A DNA stretch of 64,000 bases from Octopus bimaculoides (Eukaryota), in assembly GCF_001194135.2 (NCBI RefSeq), contig NC_068989.1, forward strand, positions 76,779,234 through 76,843,233. Reading direction: 5' to 3'. Positions 36,780 to 51,419 of this stretch are shown piece after piece; positions within the stretch are counted from its first letter, which is position 1; each line of letters opens with the position of its first letter. Under the pieces are notes generated by a model, which saw only the letters and a program-made list of their open reading frames with translations, made no database searches and was not told the DNA's origin. Made by a program: the position numbers and the translations under genes.

Positions 36780-37420
36780 TCTTGAACCCTTTTGATATCG
36801 TAGAATCTCTGAAATATAGATTTTGTGCAACAGAAAATTTCACGGATGATGACATTTTCAAATTATGACTATTCTCTGTCTATGCGACACTATTTGCTGC
36901 TGTAATATCTGGAGATTTTCATTTACTCATCACTTGTATATTAGGGGATTATCTCTGTAAGGATCATTATTCTTCTCGATGTTTCATCTTAGCGATAAAC
37001 ATTTCTATATATCTCCTCTGAGTATTCGCACGAATAACGATAGGGGTAAATTTTTTCCTGGTCCTTAAGGAGAATGACATTAGAAGGCCGAATTTCCTTT
37101 AAATGCAACTCATGGAGGATATAGATATTTATTTGAATATCTCCACATCGGAATACGAACCATGAATGAGATTCTGAGAGGAATTTCGGAAATTACCACA
37201 CAGCTATTTGAATGTCTTCTACTGCCTACATATTTTCGCTTCTGGTTCATTATCTGGAAAGCTATGTTATCCTTTCAATAATTGTCTTATGTGAAGATAC
37301 CAGGCTCATGTTTGAATTAGGGGTACCTTAATTTCGAATGGTTGCTTAAACATCTGACTTGTAATATGGTGCATGAGTTTGACGGGTTCAGGATTCTTGT
37401 CTTTTGACATCTTTTTGACA
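36780..37420 (-). pseudogene. Possible very decayed CR1/L2-like RT remnant
   Basis: Stop-ridden frame SP*GPGKNLPLSLFVRIL...YRDNPLIYK...LQILQQ loosely parallels GVPQGSVLGPLLF...YADDTKIYK...LQ. Confidence 0.25.
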
Positions 37421-38991
37421 CACTAAAGCCAGGTCAAACAAACAATACGTTAATTTAAGTGTGGAACATGTTGAAGGCCTTACTCTCTAAGAATATATAA
37501 GGGGCTACCTACGTCTTATAATTCTGATGCAAGTATCATAATCACTTGGGTTATTTGGAATGCTTGTGATCACATTTGACTGCCAATAGGGGCTATACTT
37601 ACCTGTGTTTAAATATGTTTTATATCTAAGTAGCTATCTTATGTTACGTTAATACTAGTAGCTAGGTTAAATTGAATCCCTTTGAATAACTCTATGCTTT
37701 TCTTTATCTCTACATGGTGTGTTAATTCATGTTGTTTCGTGTCATCGGTATAAAATCCCAAACTATGAGGTAGAGGAGCTTCTTAACGATGTCTAGAACG
37801 GGAGGAATATTTTTGTTTCAACTGACATACATAAACCAGAATTATTGTTGCAGTTTTACAAATTCCCAAGCAAAGTACGAAACAATATTCAAATATTTAG
37901 GCGAAAATAAAAGCTTTTTCCATGAAGAAAGGTTTATTTTCTACAATACTTGAAAATCTAAAGAGATGCAGCTTTGAATTGTTGTCGCTAATGTCTACGG
38001 CAGCAATTCATTGCGGAGGAGGACATTGTAAATCTATTTGCTGCAGCTGTTAATAAACAATACATCCGATAATGTAATACGTTGGATGGAAAACATACGT
38101 GGGAGAATAGTGACAAGGTGGCTTTAAGGTATATAAATTTGTGCCAAATGTCTGCCAACCATCGGGAAATAAACAAACCAGCCATGTAATTAATATATTG
38201 ACAATAATGACAATAATTTACATTATGATGGAACTAATTGTTGTATACTACAAGTTGTTTAAGTGAAAGACAAACACGTCGATAAAAAGAGGCAATAGCA
38301 GGTGTGTTAAATTAAAAGAAACAAAAGTGTCCATAAAAAAAGAGATCCTAGAAAGGAAAAACTGTTAGGGTGTATTCAGGATATAAAAGAACGATCAATA
38401 TAAAACGGTATGTCTTGGCTCTCTCACAAGTATAGTGCCGTTGCAAACATTGGGAATATATCTAAATAAAATAGAGATGAGAACTGAATGGTTCAGAGAA
38501 AATTACTATATATTGATGAAATTTCGATGCTTTGGATTGTGACATAGACCAAGCAGGTCCCAGTAAATCGGATCTGTCTAGACACTAGAGATAAACATCA
38601 GCATACCTATTGTTTGTAAATCATAACAAATGAAACAATCAAAGGATTTGAAAAGACAAAGATGAAAAGCATCCCGCTAATAAATCAACATTATTGTGAA
38701 TAGGATATGTAAAAATAGAAACATGTTTTAGTGAACTGTTGAAGGAGTATGCAAAATATCGATAGATGCGATGCAATAATTGGTAAATATGAAACAATAC
38801 GAGAAAAACTAGAAAATCATAAATCCAAAGATTTTTAGATAGCAAGAGAATTAAACAAAGAAGTTTCATTTCCAATAGATATTTGCAAATGTGCGTGTGT
38901 TTGTTAGTGCATGTGTGTTTGTGTGTTTAAACATGTATATACGTAAATACATACATACATATATATTTGTATGTATGTATGTATGCATTTA

Positions 38992-39082
<91 letters not shown>

Positions 39083-40278
39083 ATATATATGTATATGAGA
39101 TCATATATAAAAGTTCCTATATTCATGTACGTACATGTGTATATATATATGTGTGTGTATGTCTATAAAAGCGTAATACTCTTTGCATAATGCATACATA
39201 CATACATACATATATGTATATATATACGTATACAAACACTATTAGAGGGAGAGAGAAAGTTACATGCATGAATATGCATACTTTTACACATTTGCTTATG
39301 AATTTACTTAGTGTTAACTACACATACATTAACACGCATACATACTGCAGTTGCTGAACAAGACACATGAAAACAGACGCACATGTACACACACGCGAAC
39401 ACACATACTTACATACATACATATATACATAATATATACATACATATATATATACATATATGTATACATATATATGTGTGTGTGTGTGCATAAATGTGAG
39501 TATATATATATATATATATATATATANNNNNNNNNNNNNNNNNNNNNNNNNNNNNNNNNNNNNNNNNNNNNNNNNNNNNNNNNNNNNNNNNNNNNNNNNN
39601 NNNNNNNNNNNNNNNNNNNNNNNNNNNNNNNNNNNNNNNNNNNNNNNNNNNNNNNNNNNNNNNNNNNNNNNNNNNNNNNNNNNNNNNNNNNNNNNNNNNN
39701 NNNNNNNNNNNNNNNNNNNNNNNNNNNNNNNNNNNNNNNNNNNNNNNNNNNNNNNNNNNNNNNNNNNNNNNNNNNNNNNNNNNNNNNNNNNNNNNNNNNN
39801 NNNNNNNNNNNNNNNNNNNNNNNNNNNNNNNNNNNNNNNNNNNNNNNNNNNNNNNNNNNNNNNNNNNNNNNNNNNNNNNNNNNNNNNNNNNNNNNNNNNN
39901 NNNNNNNNNNNNNNNNNNNNNNNNNNNNNNNNNNNNNNNNNNNNNNNNNNNNNNNNNNNNNNNNNNNNNNNNNNNNNNNNNNNNNNNNNNNNNNNNNNNN
40001 NNNNNNNNNNNNNNNNNNNNNNNNNNNNNNNNNNNNNNNNNNNNNNNNNNNNNNNNNNNNNNNNNNNNNNNNNNNNNNNNNNNNNNNNNNNNNNNNNNNN
40101 NNNNNNNNNNNNNNNNNNNNNNNNNNNNNNNNNNNNNNNNNNNNNNNNNNNNNNNNNNNNNNNNNNNNNNNNNNNNNNNNNNNNNNNNNNNNNNNNNNNN
40201 NNNNNNNNNNNNNNNNNNNNNNNNNNNNNNNNNNNNNNNNNNNNNNNNNNNNNNNNNNNNNNNNNNNNNNNNNNNNNT

Positions 40279-40975
40279 ATACACGATGATCACTCACCAC
40301 GAGGAGCTGCATGCACTCTAACATTTCCTTGACCTTCGATCCAACACCCAACGTGACGCATCCACACTCCTTCGTCTGGCCGAACTTGTCCTCTCACTTA
40401 ACTGCTTCTCGTTCGCGGGTGATTTTTACCGGGTGTCAGGAGTGGCCATGGGAACGAGAATGAGCCTCAACTATGCGAACCTCTTCGTTGGCTACGTTGA
40501 GGCCCAAATATTCTCAAGTTTCACTGGTCCCACTCCTGAACTATACGGTCGTTATATTGACGGCTGTATCGTTGTGATTTCCCTCTCCCGTGAACATCTA
40601 GACTCTTTACTCTATTTTGTCAAGTCTTTCCATCCTGCCTCCATTTCTCCTGTACTATTACCGACACCTCAGTCGGCTTTCTCAACATTTCGGACAACAT
40701 TCATCATTCCACTCTCACCTCATCCATCCACTACAAGCATACAGACTCACACTCATACCTCATCTTCTCCTCCTCCCACCCTAAACAAATCAAGCTCTCC
40801 ATCCCCTATTCCCAATTCCTCCGTCTACGCAGGCTCTGCAGTGACAACCATGACTTTGAGACTCAGTCTTAACTCATGGCTCGCCACTTTATCCAATGTG
40901 GATATCTGCTCACCACTATCCACACCGCCCTTGCCAGAGCACGTTCCGTGGATCGTGCATCTGCTCTCTCCCATA
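40279..40975 (+). pseudogene. Penelope-like element RT fragment (GC-rich family)
   Basis: LLRLAELVLSLNCFSF...SGVAMGTRMSLNYANLFVGYVE...GRYIDGC (RYIDD mutated); shifted frame HYKHTDSHSYL..SSHP...SIPYSQFLRLRRLCSD. Confidence 0.9.
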
Positions 40976-42839
40976 CATATAAGAACATATGTATAGGAAA
41001 ATACATATAGGAACATATGTATATGTGTGCGCGCGCATATGTATGTGTAATAGTTGTTTATATATTTTTACAGTGAAATTTCTCTAGCAAACGTTCGAAT
41101 CACCTGCATGTTGAAACCGGAATGTGAATGTCACATTTTATGATATACAATTTATATATTGTCTATTTCATATTTTGCATACAGTTCTACATTTGACAGA
41201 GTGTATTCACTGTATAGCACCTAGCATGTTAAATACAGCATTGCCACCCGTTTATATAGAAACACACGCACAAAAGCACACACACACTAACACACATGCA
41301 CACACTACACACACACAACGAATACACATGCACACTGGAAGCACACACACCCACACAAACCGCACGCACATAGATACTGCCCACACACCCAGCACACACA
41401 CATAAACACTGCCACTCGTATATACACACGTACACACATATATATGTGTATACATATACATGTATATATTCATATATAAATTAAGCTTAACCCGTGATGT
41501 ATGTAAGAAATGAAAATAAAATCAATGTTTAAATAAAATATAACTGAAACCAATCATTATACAAGCTGAAAGTTCATGAAATTTCTCACAGACAACTCCA
41601 AAATAATTTTCTTTTCCTCAGTCGTTAAACAGTACTTTTCTCCATTCGGATTGCATCTGTTTATTCGTTTCAATACAACCATGAACAAAAAGGTACTTCA
41701 GTGTCAGACATAAATTTTATATCTCACAAAGCTGCAGTGTCGAACAATGGATTGCACAAAAAATTATTGTATACAACGTAGAGAATAATGCGTATCTCAT
41801 ACGAAACAATATATAATGGTGCTATTATATACACAGAAAACAACTTCACCAAGTATTCCAATATTCACAAGAAAGTTGATATATGTGACAGTAAAAGACA
41901 AAACAGCATAAAACATACGAAGATTACATTAATTGTGCAAGTGCATTTGTATGTCTATTTGAATATTTGCACATCAGCAATATTCGTTTCAATCATATGC
42001 ATACAATCACAAACTCATAATTTTACAATCTGGAAATTATGCTGTGATGATAAATATTATTGGTACGTCTAATTTACATTTAACCTAGACGCCTTCTTTA
42101 AATTTCCTATTATTTTAAAGTATTTCTTGATATATTTATATATCTTTCCGAAAATGAAATTTTTGCACACCTATACACCTTTGCAAAGAAGTATTTAACA
42201 ACGTATTGGTTTTGCTCTTCTTCTTTATCATTTTTCCTTTACGTTTTAATATTTCATGTTATTGACTTTATTTTCAATGTAACGCCTTTGTTGTCTTCCA
42301 TATGAGTCCATTGTTATTACTTTCATCTTGAGGTAATTAGACAAACGTTAAGTCAAATTACGTACATACATATACATATACACACATATGTATATAATGT
42401 AATATGCACGTGCACACAAACAAACACACGTCACCCCACACACATGCATATGTATATATATATATATATATATNNNNNNNNNNNNNNNNNNNNNNNNNNN
42501 NNNNNNNNNNNNNNNNNNNNNNNNNNNNNNNNNNNNNNNNNNNNNNNNNNNNNNNNNNNNNNNNNNNNNNNNNNNNNNNNNNNNNNNNNNNNNNNNNNNN
42601 NNNNNNNNNNNNNNNNNNNNNNNNNNNNNNNNNNNNNNNNNNNNNNNNNNNNNNNNNNNNNNNNNNNNNNNNNNNNNNNNNNNNNNNNNNNNNNNNNNNN
42701 NNNNNNNNNNNNNNNNNNNNNNNNNNNNNNNNNNNNNNNNNNNNNNNNNNNNNNNNNNNNNNNNNNNNNNNNNNNNNNNNNNNNNNNNNNNNNNNNNNNN
42801 NNNNNNNNNNNNNNNNNNNNNNNNNNNNNNNNNNNNNNN

Positions 42840-44160
42840 GTTCCTCATTTGTTGTCTCTGGACTCGTGAGCGTCCTGATACATTCCCTGTGGATCAAATT
42901 TCTGCTTTAGCAGTTCATATCTGCATTTGCGAAAATCTGTCCATTTGTTGTGCTAATGGATCTACCCGTATGCATGTATTGACACGTCCCACATCTGTTA
43001 TCATTAAACTTGGATACTGTGAAAGATTTCTTCTGTTTGTTCATCGAATTTCTGTTCGCTGAATTTTGCCTTTATTAATAGTTTCTTTAGGCTATGTGTT
43101 TGCCGTTTACGTAAGATAAGTGTTTGATTAGCTATTATGTCTTTTTTTTTTAAAGTTTCGCTTTGTTTTATGATTGGCAAATTTGTTTCATGATGTTAAA
43201 AATGTTGTAGTAGTGCGGACTGTGTGTTACTAGAAATGGCATTGTGTTCTCTTGATGGGTTTGTCTTTTTTGTGTTGCCCTAATTTGTTCTATCGGTATT
43301 TGTTTTGCTCGCTGTATGCTAGTTTCTATAAAGTACGAGTGGGTAATTTTGCTTTAGCAGAAATCCTTTGATTTCTATAAGTCGTGTGTCTCTGGTATTT
43401 GTATCATCGACTATAATATAAATTTTCCTGGCTACACATTACGGGATGTTGCGTTTTGTGTGTACTGGGTGGCATTATTTGAAATTTAGGTACCGGTGTA
43501 TGTCTGTGCTTTTGTAAGAAATATCAGTTGTGATTGTGGTATTGTTTTTATCATTATGTCAAGAAATGGCAAATGTGTGTTGCTCATTTCTCTTGTGAAT
43601 TTGAGACTGGGGTGTAGATTATTGAGGATGGTGCTGAATTCTTCCAGATTTTCTATGGATTTGGTTCAAATTAGGAAACAATCATCTAGGTATCTTTTTT
43701 ACGTGTCATCTATTTGTCTTTTAAAGGTTATACTGTTGTTCTCTTCTATTGTTTTAATACAGGTTTTGTTCCACTTCTCCCAATACTGAGTTCGCGAAAA
43801 CTGGAGCAAATCGCATACCCATAGCTATGCCTTGAATTTGGAGGTAGATTTTCCCCGTTGAAAAGGAATGTATTGTTTTCGAGGATGAAGGTTATAGTAA
43901 ATCTACTGGTGATCGCTTCTCTATGTTTCTCGGCCCAATATTTTATGGCAGTAAGTCCCAAATCATGTGGAATGTTTGTATATATGTTTGATACATCAAA
44001 GCTAACTAACAATGAATGAGGTTCTGTTACTTTGGGCAGCTGTGACAGGAAATCAATGTAATCTCGAATGAAACTGTATACGTGACTACATAGCGGTTTT
44101 AAGATAATGTCAAGGGTGTTGCTCAGACGATGTGAAGGGCAGACTAAGAGCATTCAAAGA
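42840..44160 (-). pseudogene. Penelope-like element: RT + linker + truncated GIY-YIG endonuclease
   Basis: LLVSFDVSNIYTNIP...YLQIQGIAMGMRFAPVFAN...RYLDDCF...LPFLDI...CHPVHTKRNIP...AKQIP...RCGTCQY...MNC*SRNLI...RVQRQQMR, with many stops and frameshifts. Confidence 0.9.
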
Positions 44161-44813
44161 GGTAATAAAGTTGTCAAGAATTCAACTGTCGGTTAAATAC
44201 ATTAGTGCACTTTGTATTACTTAATTCCAGCTTGTGTAAGCATTCCAAGTATCACTAACTTAACTACTATTTCTTCAAATATAACAATAAAAGTTGTAAA
44301 AAGACTCGGAAAGACGTATGCTGTTTCTGTAATTGATGAAGTGTGACGAAAACGAAGCATACATCCTACAGTCTAAAAATGCCATTCGTACCTAATCTTT
44401 GCCCCCCCCCCCCCAAATATATGTCTGATTCCCTTCCGAGACAATGCTTGCAGCATAGGTTCTTATACTGGAATGTATATGAATATAGTTACACACAACT
44501 TTATAAGGAAATTCCCAAATTTTGTAACACGATGAGTATTCCGCAGAAAAATTCTGGCTTCAGAATATAATTCCAGTCAGCATTGTTTTACAGAATTGTT
44601 CGGAATCTTATACACATTACACTTCCCATTTTCTCTTAAGATCGGATCAATAGTGTTAATTGTAAATTGGCCGATAATTCTGATTAAGAAACATTGACAA
44701 AAATCCTTTGATGTTCGACTAAATTAGTCCCATCACACTTATCTAAGATAAATTAATATTGACTGATTTCGCTTTCAGAAAAAAATCCTGTGTACGTATG
44801 TGTGTGTGTATGT

Positions 44814-44848
<35 letters not shown>

Positions 44849-44953
44849 TATANNNNNNNNNNNNNNNNNNNNNNNNNNNNNNNNNNNNNNNNNNNNNNNN
44901 NNNNNNNNNNNNNNNNNNNNNNNNNNNNNNNNNNNNNNNNNNNNNNNNNNNNN

Positions 44954-44984
<31 letters not shown>

Positions 44985-45396
44985 CACACACACATATATA
45001 AATGCATACATACACACACTTAAACACATTATATAAAACAGAGTTTGTCTGTGTGTGTGTGTGTGTGTGTGGTGCGTACGTTGCTTATGGATACGAAAAC
45101 TGAGTTGTCGATTTCAACGTATGAGACATCAAAAGATTCAATAATCTTTCGGCTACGAAATGTTGAGTTTGCTAATTTTGATGATTGGGCTGGCAAGCTA
45201 AACAACGCAATTGCTCATTTCAGGAAAAAGCAAGCAATAGTTAATGGAGATGTTGAAATGATTAACTAGCTGCCTGACAATGTTAATGATAAAAATAATA
45301 AATGAACCATGACCCGTAAGTGTGATACATATTATTGACGACATACACTCCCAGCACCTTTTTACATATTTGTATGTATACCTATAAACGTGTGTG

Positions 45397-45444
<48 letters not shown>

Positions 45445-45482
45445 GACACACACACACACACNNNNNNNNNNGTATATATATA

Positions 45483-45541
<59 letters not shown>

Positions 45542-45547
45542 ATACAA

Positions 45548-45775
45548 TGGGCGTGGTCTAGTAGTTGGGCTGCTGCGATCACGATTGCTAGATCCTGTGT
45601 TCGATTCCCTGCCTGGGCAGCGCGTTTTGTTCTTGTTCACGTTGCTCCAGTCCCCATTTTGATCAGGGGAAAATGTTGACCTGCTCACTTAGCCAGCATC
45701 GTCATCTGAAGGCTAAAACAATGCAAAACGCATTGTAACACATCTGCTAACCTGGTCGGTCATGTTGTCATCTGA
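45548..45775 (+). mobile_element. tRNA-derived SINE, 19754 family
   Basis: GCGTGGTCTAGTAGTT head, GTGTTCGATTCC B box, TTCACGTTGCTCCAGTCC core. Confidence 0.7.
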
Positions 45776-46560
45776 TATATATATACTCCCACACACACCC
45801 GTATGAATTTTTCGGTCAAAACAAATCTCTTCAATCCATTGTTTTGTGTATAAATATAATGATTTTAAATCTGAATGCCAAGTCTGTCTGGATCGTAGTT
45901 CACAACTTTATTTCATGTTACCTGGGTTTTTCTCTCATGTCATTTGTTAAAATAAACATTCGTAAAAGAACATTTTACTCAACAAAATTACCATACCATT
46001 TTTATATCGATAAGCATTTCCTTGAATTGATATAAAAAAAATCTTACCTGTATATATTTTAATACTCCTTATGTGACTTAGAGTACATAAAGGGTATATC
46101 ATTTCTTAAAGAAAATTATATTCACTCCATAGTAATAATTTACCTTTTGCTTATATTTTAAATCCAGCTAACGTGAAACAGCACTAACTTGCAGGTCGAA
46201 ACCCTGTATGGTCGGGCTTTATTGAATGATCGAAGCATATATTCCATTGTATGGAGGCATGATAAACAGTTTCGTCAACCGTCTTTATGATGCTGCCGTT
46301 GTATGCTTCTCTTGCTGCAGAAATTCTGTATTTGTTATGGCTTTACAGTTTAATTTATCTCGCACTGAAAAATGTTCAGGATTAAATTGATATATATTTG
46401 TATTCTATATCTACTTTTTAATTTATTTGTTTTCATAAGCAACCGCAACTTAAAATCTGAAATTGGATTTGGGAGTGGGGTAGGTTAATTTAAAGAATCT
46501 TGGATTTGCCAAAAGGTATGTAATGCTATGTAACACCTATAAATATTGACTTTATATATT

Positions 46561-46613
<53 letters not shown>

Positions 46614-47370
46614 GTCTCTTAAAGGATAGAGCTCAAAATCAATGCATTGAAGATACTTTATTGCAGCAACAATTATAATAACAGAAACAACCACAAGACT
46701 GTTAACAGATACTATATATTTTGTAAAATTTGTTTTATAAAAGTATATATTTAATATATATATATATACATATATATATATTGCACTGGCACAATACAGA
46801 TTTTTTCTGACCACGTAATAACCTTGTATTTAATACCTGCTCACGTATTACTGGAATATTTTGTGATTGTACATTCAAAAATTTTTCTCATAAATTTCAT
46901 ATGATACAACTGCGCCTAGATAAGGGAAACTAACTTTATCATATGAACAATAAGAAATAACATGCATATCTTCATCAACTCAAAAGACTGTGATGTAAAA
47001 GCAGAATAATGATAGCTGTAGAACAATATGATTAAAAGATGTTGTTACATGTGTTAAAACTTTCATTATATGACTGTTTGATTAAGGCTGCCCTGGAGTT
47101 AAATGTAAAAAAAAAGTGTTTGTTTTGTTTGTTTCTTTTTTTGTCGCTGTTTCATTTTCTTAAAAAAGAATGAAGGGACGTGTATACATAGTATTTCAAA
47201 AACAAATATACACGGCTACTACCAACGGGACTTTTTGTGTGGCATGATTTTAAATACTTGCAGAATAGTCTCACATGTTTCCTATTCAGATAATGTATAT
47301 TAACCATATAGTAATTCTACACTCTGTTTATCTTGGAGATTTCTTCTGAAGCGAATCTTCAGCTTTTGCA

Positions 47371-47588
47371 TAATACCTTTTCTACTATAGGTACATGGCT
47401 TGAAATTTCGTGGGAGGGTGTTAGTCGATTAGATCGACCCAGTAACTGACTGGTACTTATTCTATCCGCATTGAAAAGATAAAAGGCTAGAGAACCTCTG
47501 GAGAATTTGAACTGAATACGTAAAAACGGACGAAACCGTGTTACGTATTTCGTCCGCAGTGATATCGCATCAGCTAGCCCGGTGCCTT
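47371..47588 (-). mobile_element. 4355-type SINE (diverged)
   Basis: TTTCTACTATAGGTAC...TAGTCGATTAGATCGACCCAG...CTGGTACTTATT...GAATTTGAACT. Confidence 0.8.
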
Positions 47589-48438
47589 AGCAACTTTTGT
47601 ATAATATAGTCAACCATAATTGTTACCCAGGTTATAAAACAAAAGGTTTCAACGAGTATCCACTTGGTTACAGAGTAATATGTTAAGTCTGCAATTGTCG
47701 ATTAGTTAGGTCGCGGAACATTAATTCCCATTTGATATGAAGCACCACAAACAAAATGGAAACAGTGACCTTTCTGCTCTTCCGATTGCAACATATCGTT
47801 CTGCTAATTTACTTTCCAAAGCAACAATACGTTATACTTGAACATTCTATTTGAAATTGTATATTCGTATAATACCCACATAGTATATATATATATCTAT
47901 ATATCTATATATATATATATATATATATATNNNNNNNNNNNNNNNNNNNNNNNNNNNNNNNNNNNNATACATACACATACACACACACGTATATAATTCA
48001 CTCGGATATACACCGACACACATGTCTTAGGTACCGTTTTCAATGAATCCAAATGCTATGGAACTCTCGCAGTGCGCCGACATTTTGTTGTGTGAGATTA
48101 AATAATCGAAGACAATCAGAATTCAATATGTTTTCAAGAATGGTATTCTGAGAACAAGATGATATTTTCGCTCATTGTTTAGACGAAATTCTAATGAAAG
48201 AAACATAACATCGGCATTTTTCCCTCAGTCGCTGTTATGCGATATAACGGCGTCCAATTTCATGCCTTAGTTCACTTCAGGTATACATAGATGCGTACAT
48301 ATATGCACACATACATGCCTTCATAGATACACACAGACGTATATGTGTATGTATATGTATGTATATGCAAATATATATACACATACATAGTATATATATT
48401 TTTACATATATTTATGTATGCACACTTGTTTGGATTAA

Positions 48439-48486
<48 letters not shown>

Positions 48487-51014
48487 TTAGCTGTTTACTA
48501 TTGAACCATATAGTATGATCTCATGATTATATTAGGTAAACACGAATAAAATCTAGTGTTATTAGAGATGTTTGCTGCAATTCCATAAAATGTCTGTATT
48601 TATAAATGCTATATCAGAATAGATTTTTATTAATGCAACATAAGAGAATTATTAACGATATTAGAGTACCAGTCTGGATAATGAACAAAAGTAAACGACA
48701 ACAATATATTTATATATAACCATGTATGCACGTGAAAGCGTGCGTGTATCTACGCATAATTATGAATAATATTCCGTAGAAATATTTATTTCTTTTGAGT
48801 CCATAGCTAATGGAATAAGATTTGTTTGACTTTGGTTATCTGTTTATATTAGGATTATATTGTTAAGTATATATAGATATATACATGCATACATACATAT
48901 GGATACATATGGATACATATACCATCACACACACAAACAGATATAAATTTGTGTGTCTGTGTGTAGATGTTTTTATATAGCTATGTATAGGTATATACAT
49001 ATTTATAGTTATGTAAACATATGTATATGTATATGCCTATATAAATATTATATATATATGTGTGTGTTTGTGTGTGTGCGTGTCTGTATCTGTGCATTAT
49101 TTGTGTGTGCGCGTGTGTGGGTGGGTGTGACAGTATGTGTGTGAGTGCGTGCGTGTGTCTGCATGTGGGTGCAAACGTTTTCGTGAAGAAACGAAAATAT
49201 CTGATATTGCGCTGATTCTGATTTCCGTTTGCATTTATATCCACACAACGTCACTTAAAATTGATAATGTACTCGAGAAAAGCATGAATAATATACAATT
49301 CGAATCCTCTCTAAATGATAAGATTGTTATTTTTCTAGGAAAGAAGCCATTGCTGATTTATGGTTTGCCATATAGAGGAATATAATTTTAGTCTATTGAA
49401 GCAATATCATTTTTATCGTTTATATCGAAATGCTTTCGTTGAATTATTCTGTATTATCAATTAACTATTAATTCAAAGTTTTAAATTTCTTCATTATTAC
49501 CCATAGCATAAATTTGTTTTCCTCGTGAGAATGTAAAGAAGGTAAACTTGATTAAATTCTCTCCTACATTACGCTTTAATGAAACAATTACATTAAGCTA
49601 TTTCCGTTATTGTAATACAGAGTATTTAAAACTCACTTTCATAAGAAAGTACGTTTAAATCAATATACTCTTGTCGATACCACCTTTAAGACTATCATGT
49701 CTTGTAGGTGCAGCCGAGCTTTTGGAACATAGTTTCCAATAGAATATGATCAGATTTGCTCTACCAAGTGCACTATGGGCAGCGTACCCTGGACACAGTT
49801 GACATATGCACGTTATCCATAAAAGTTTCAAATCTCCGTTCAAATTCAGTCATTCTGTCACTTTAACTTGAATGGCATTATTGAATTTCTGTTGGGCCAA
49901 CTTCATAAAATATATGGCACGCTTCACGGAAATTTCTTTCTTTTGTAGTTATAGAAGTCTGAAATTTCACTGGAATATTTCCGTCCACCTCGCCTTCAGT
50001 GGTTGCATTTTATTGATATATGCAAATGCAATAAAATCACGGATCTTTTAACACATAGAAGTTATAATGCTGGGAGGTATTAACAATGAGTTACACATCC
50101 GGAGGCAAAGAGAAATGACTCCCTAAATCATGTTTGGTACATTAGTATTTTCCAGTCAATGAAAATTAACGAATTTCCTGGTACTACGAAGAATATCACG
50201 AAGTTAGATTGCCTCAAAAAGATATCACATTTTCGTTTTAGACATTAAAAAAACGATCTATTGTATTAGGCTAGAGGAATACTTCCCCGTAGGCTCCGAG
50301 TTTTCATTCCGGTCTAAGAGTTTATATAAGAATACCAGTTCTCATGCATCAAGCCTATTGAACAATAGCAGTACAGCTGAAGTCAGTGCTTCTTAGCAGA
50401 CGTAAACAATTAAAGTCCATATCGACCCTATCTTCAGAAATTGAGGTAAGATTTAAGAGGATTTGACGCTTAATTCTAAGGCGCATTCGCTAGCACCTTT
50501 CTTGGCTTAAGACAAAAATATTTTGTCAATTTATCTGCTAAACTTAAAAGGTAAATAGAGAAGCACTAATCTACTGTTCTATATAACATTTCAATAACAC
50601 GACTGATTGAAATGAAAGAGTGAAATCACGCAGACATTGCATAACAGTAAAAGCCCACGAAGAAATAACAGGTAACGCAATGTGTACTTTTATTAAACCG
50701 ACAATATGATAACAAAGATATTCATTAAAGATATTTTAGATTTTATAGACTGGAAAATAAGATACACAATGCAACTGATCGGCATCAACGCACTACCTCT
50801 AACTTCTTTAACGATAAATTGACTGCTGTGTTAAATATTTAATTATTGTATAATTCTACGTATCCATGTCTGAAAGATTTTCGTGAATAATGTAGAATTT
50901 GGTGAAATGTTGCCTAACATACTTAATAATCATACTGGTAATATAATTTAAAGATAAATTCTAATAGGTAAATACGGAAAACTGTTTCTTCGATGCATCT
51001 GTGCATTAGTTTGG

Positions 51015-51355
51015 ATTTGACATCCTATACACAATGAAAAACAGAGTTCTGTCCACCATCATAGAAATTTACAGGGACGACGTCGGTTTGGCCAGAGTCT
51101 CATGATATGAAGAGGCACCACCAAAATATAATTATATACTAATTAGGTTACGTTAAAAACTTTTAATACAAAATAAGGATAAACTCCAAAATAAAAGTAA
51201 CATTTCTAGATGCTGCACTGAACTTTATCATGTGCAAACAGCAAATCTACGGTAAAATCTGCGTGCACAAACCAAAAAAAAAAAAATAAAAACATCAATC
51301 ACCCATCGCCAATCATAAAGAATATTACTGCCGTTCGCAGACGCATGTCTAACTA
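51015..51355 (+). pseudogene. Decayed Penelope-like RT, third family (YRDD type)
   Basis: EIYRDDVGLA (YRDD at 51070-51081), KVTFLDAALN, NHPSPIIKNI...RRRMSN. Confidence 0.6.
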
Positions 51356-51419
51356 AACGTTGGACAGTTACATATTTACCACTAATTATATTCATTAATC
51401 CAGCAACCAGCCTCTAGTC

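Noticed and set aside
45075-45269. Protein-like ORF DTKTELS...DDWAGKLNNAIAHFRKK
   Set aside because: No recognisable domain and no good splice acceptor. It begins in a (TG)n tract, and the antisense frame is also open.
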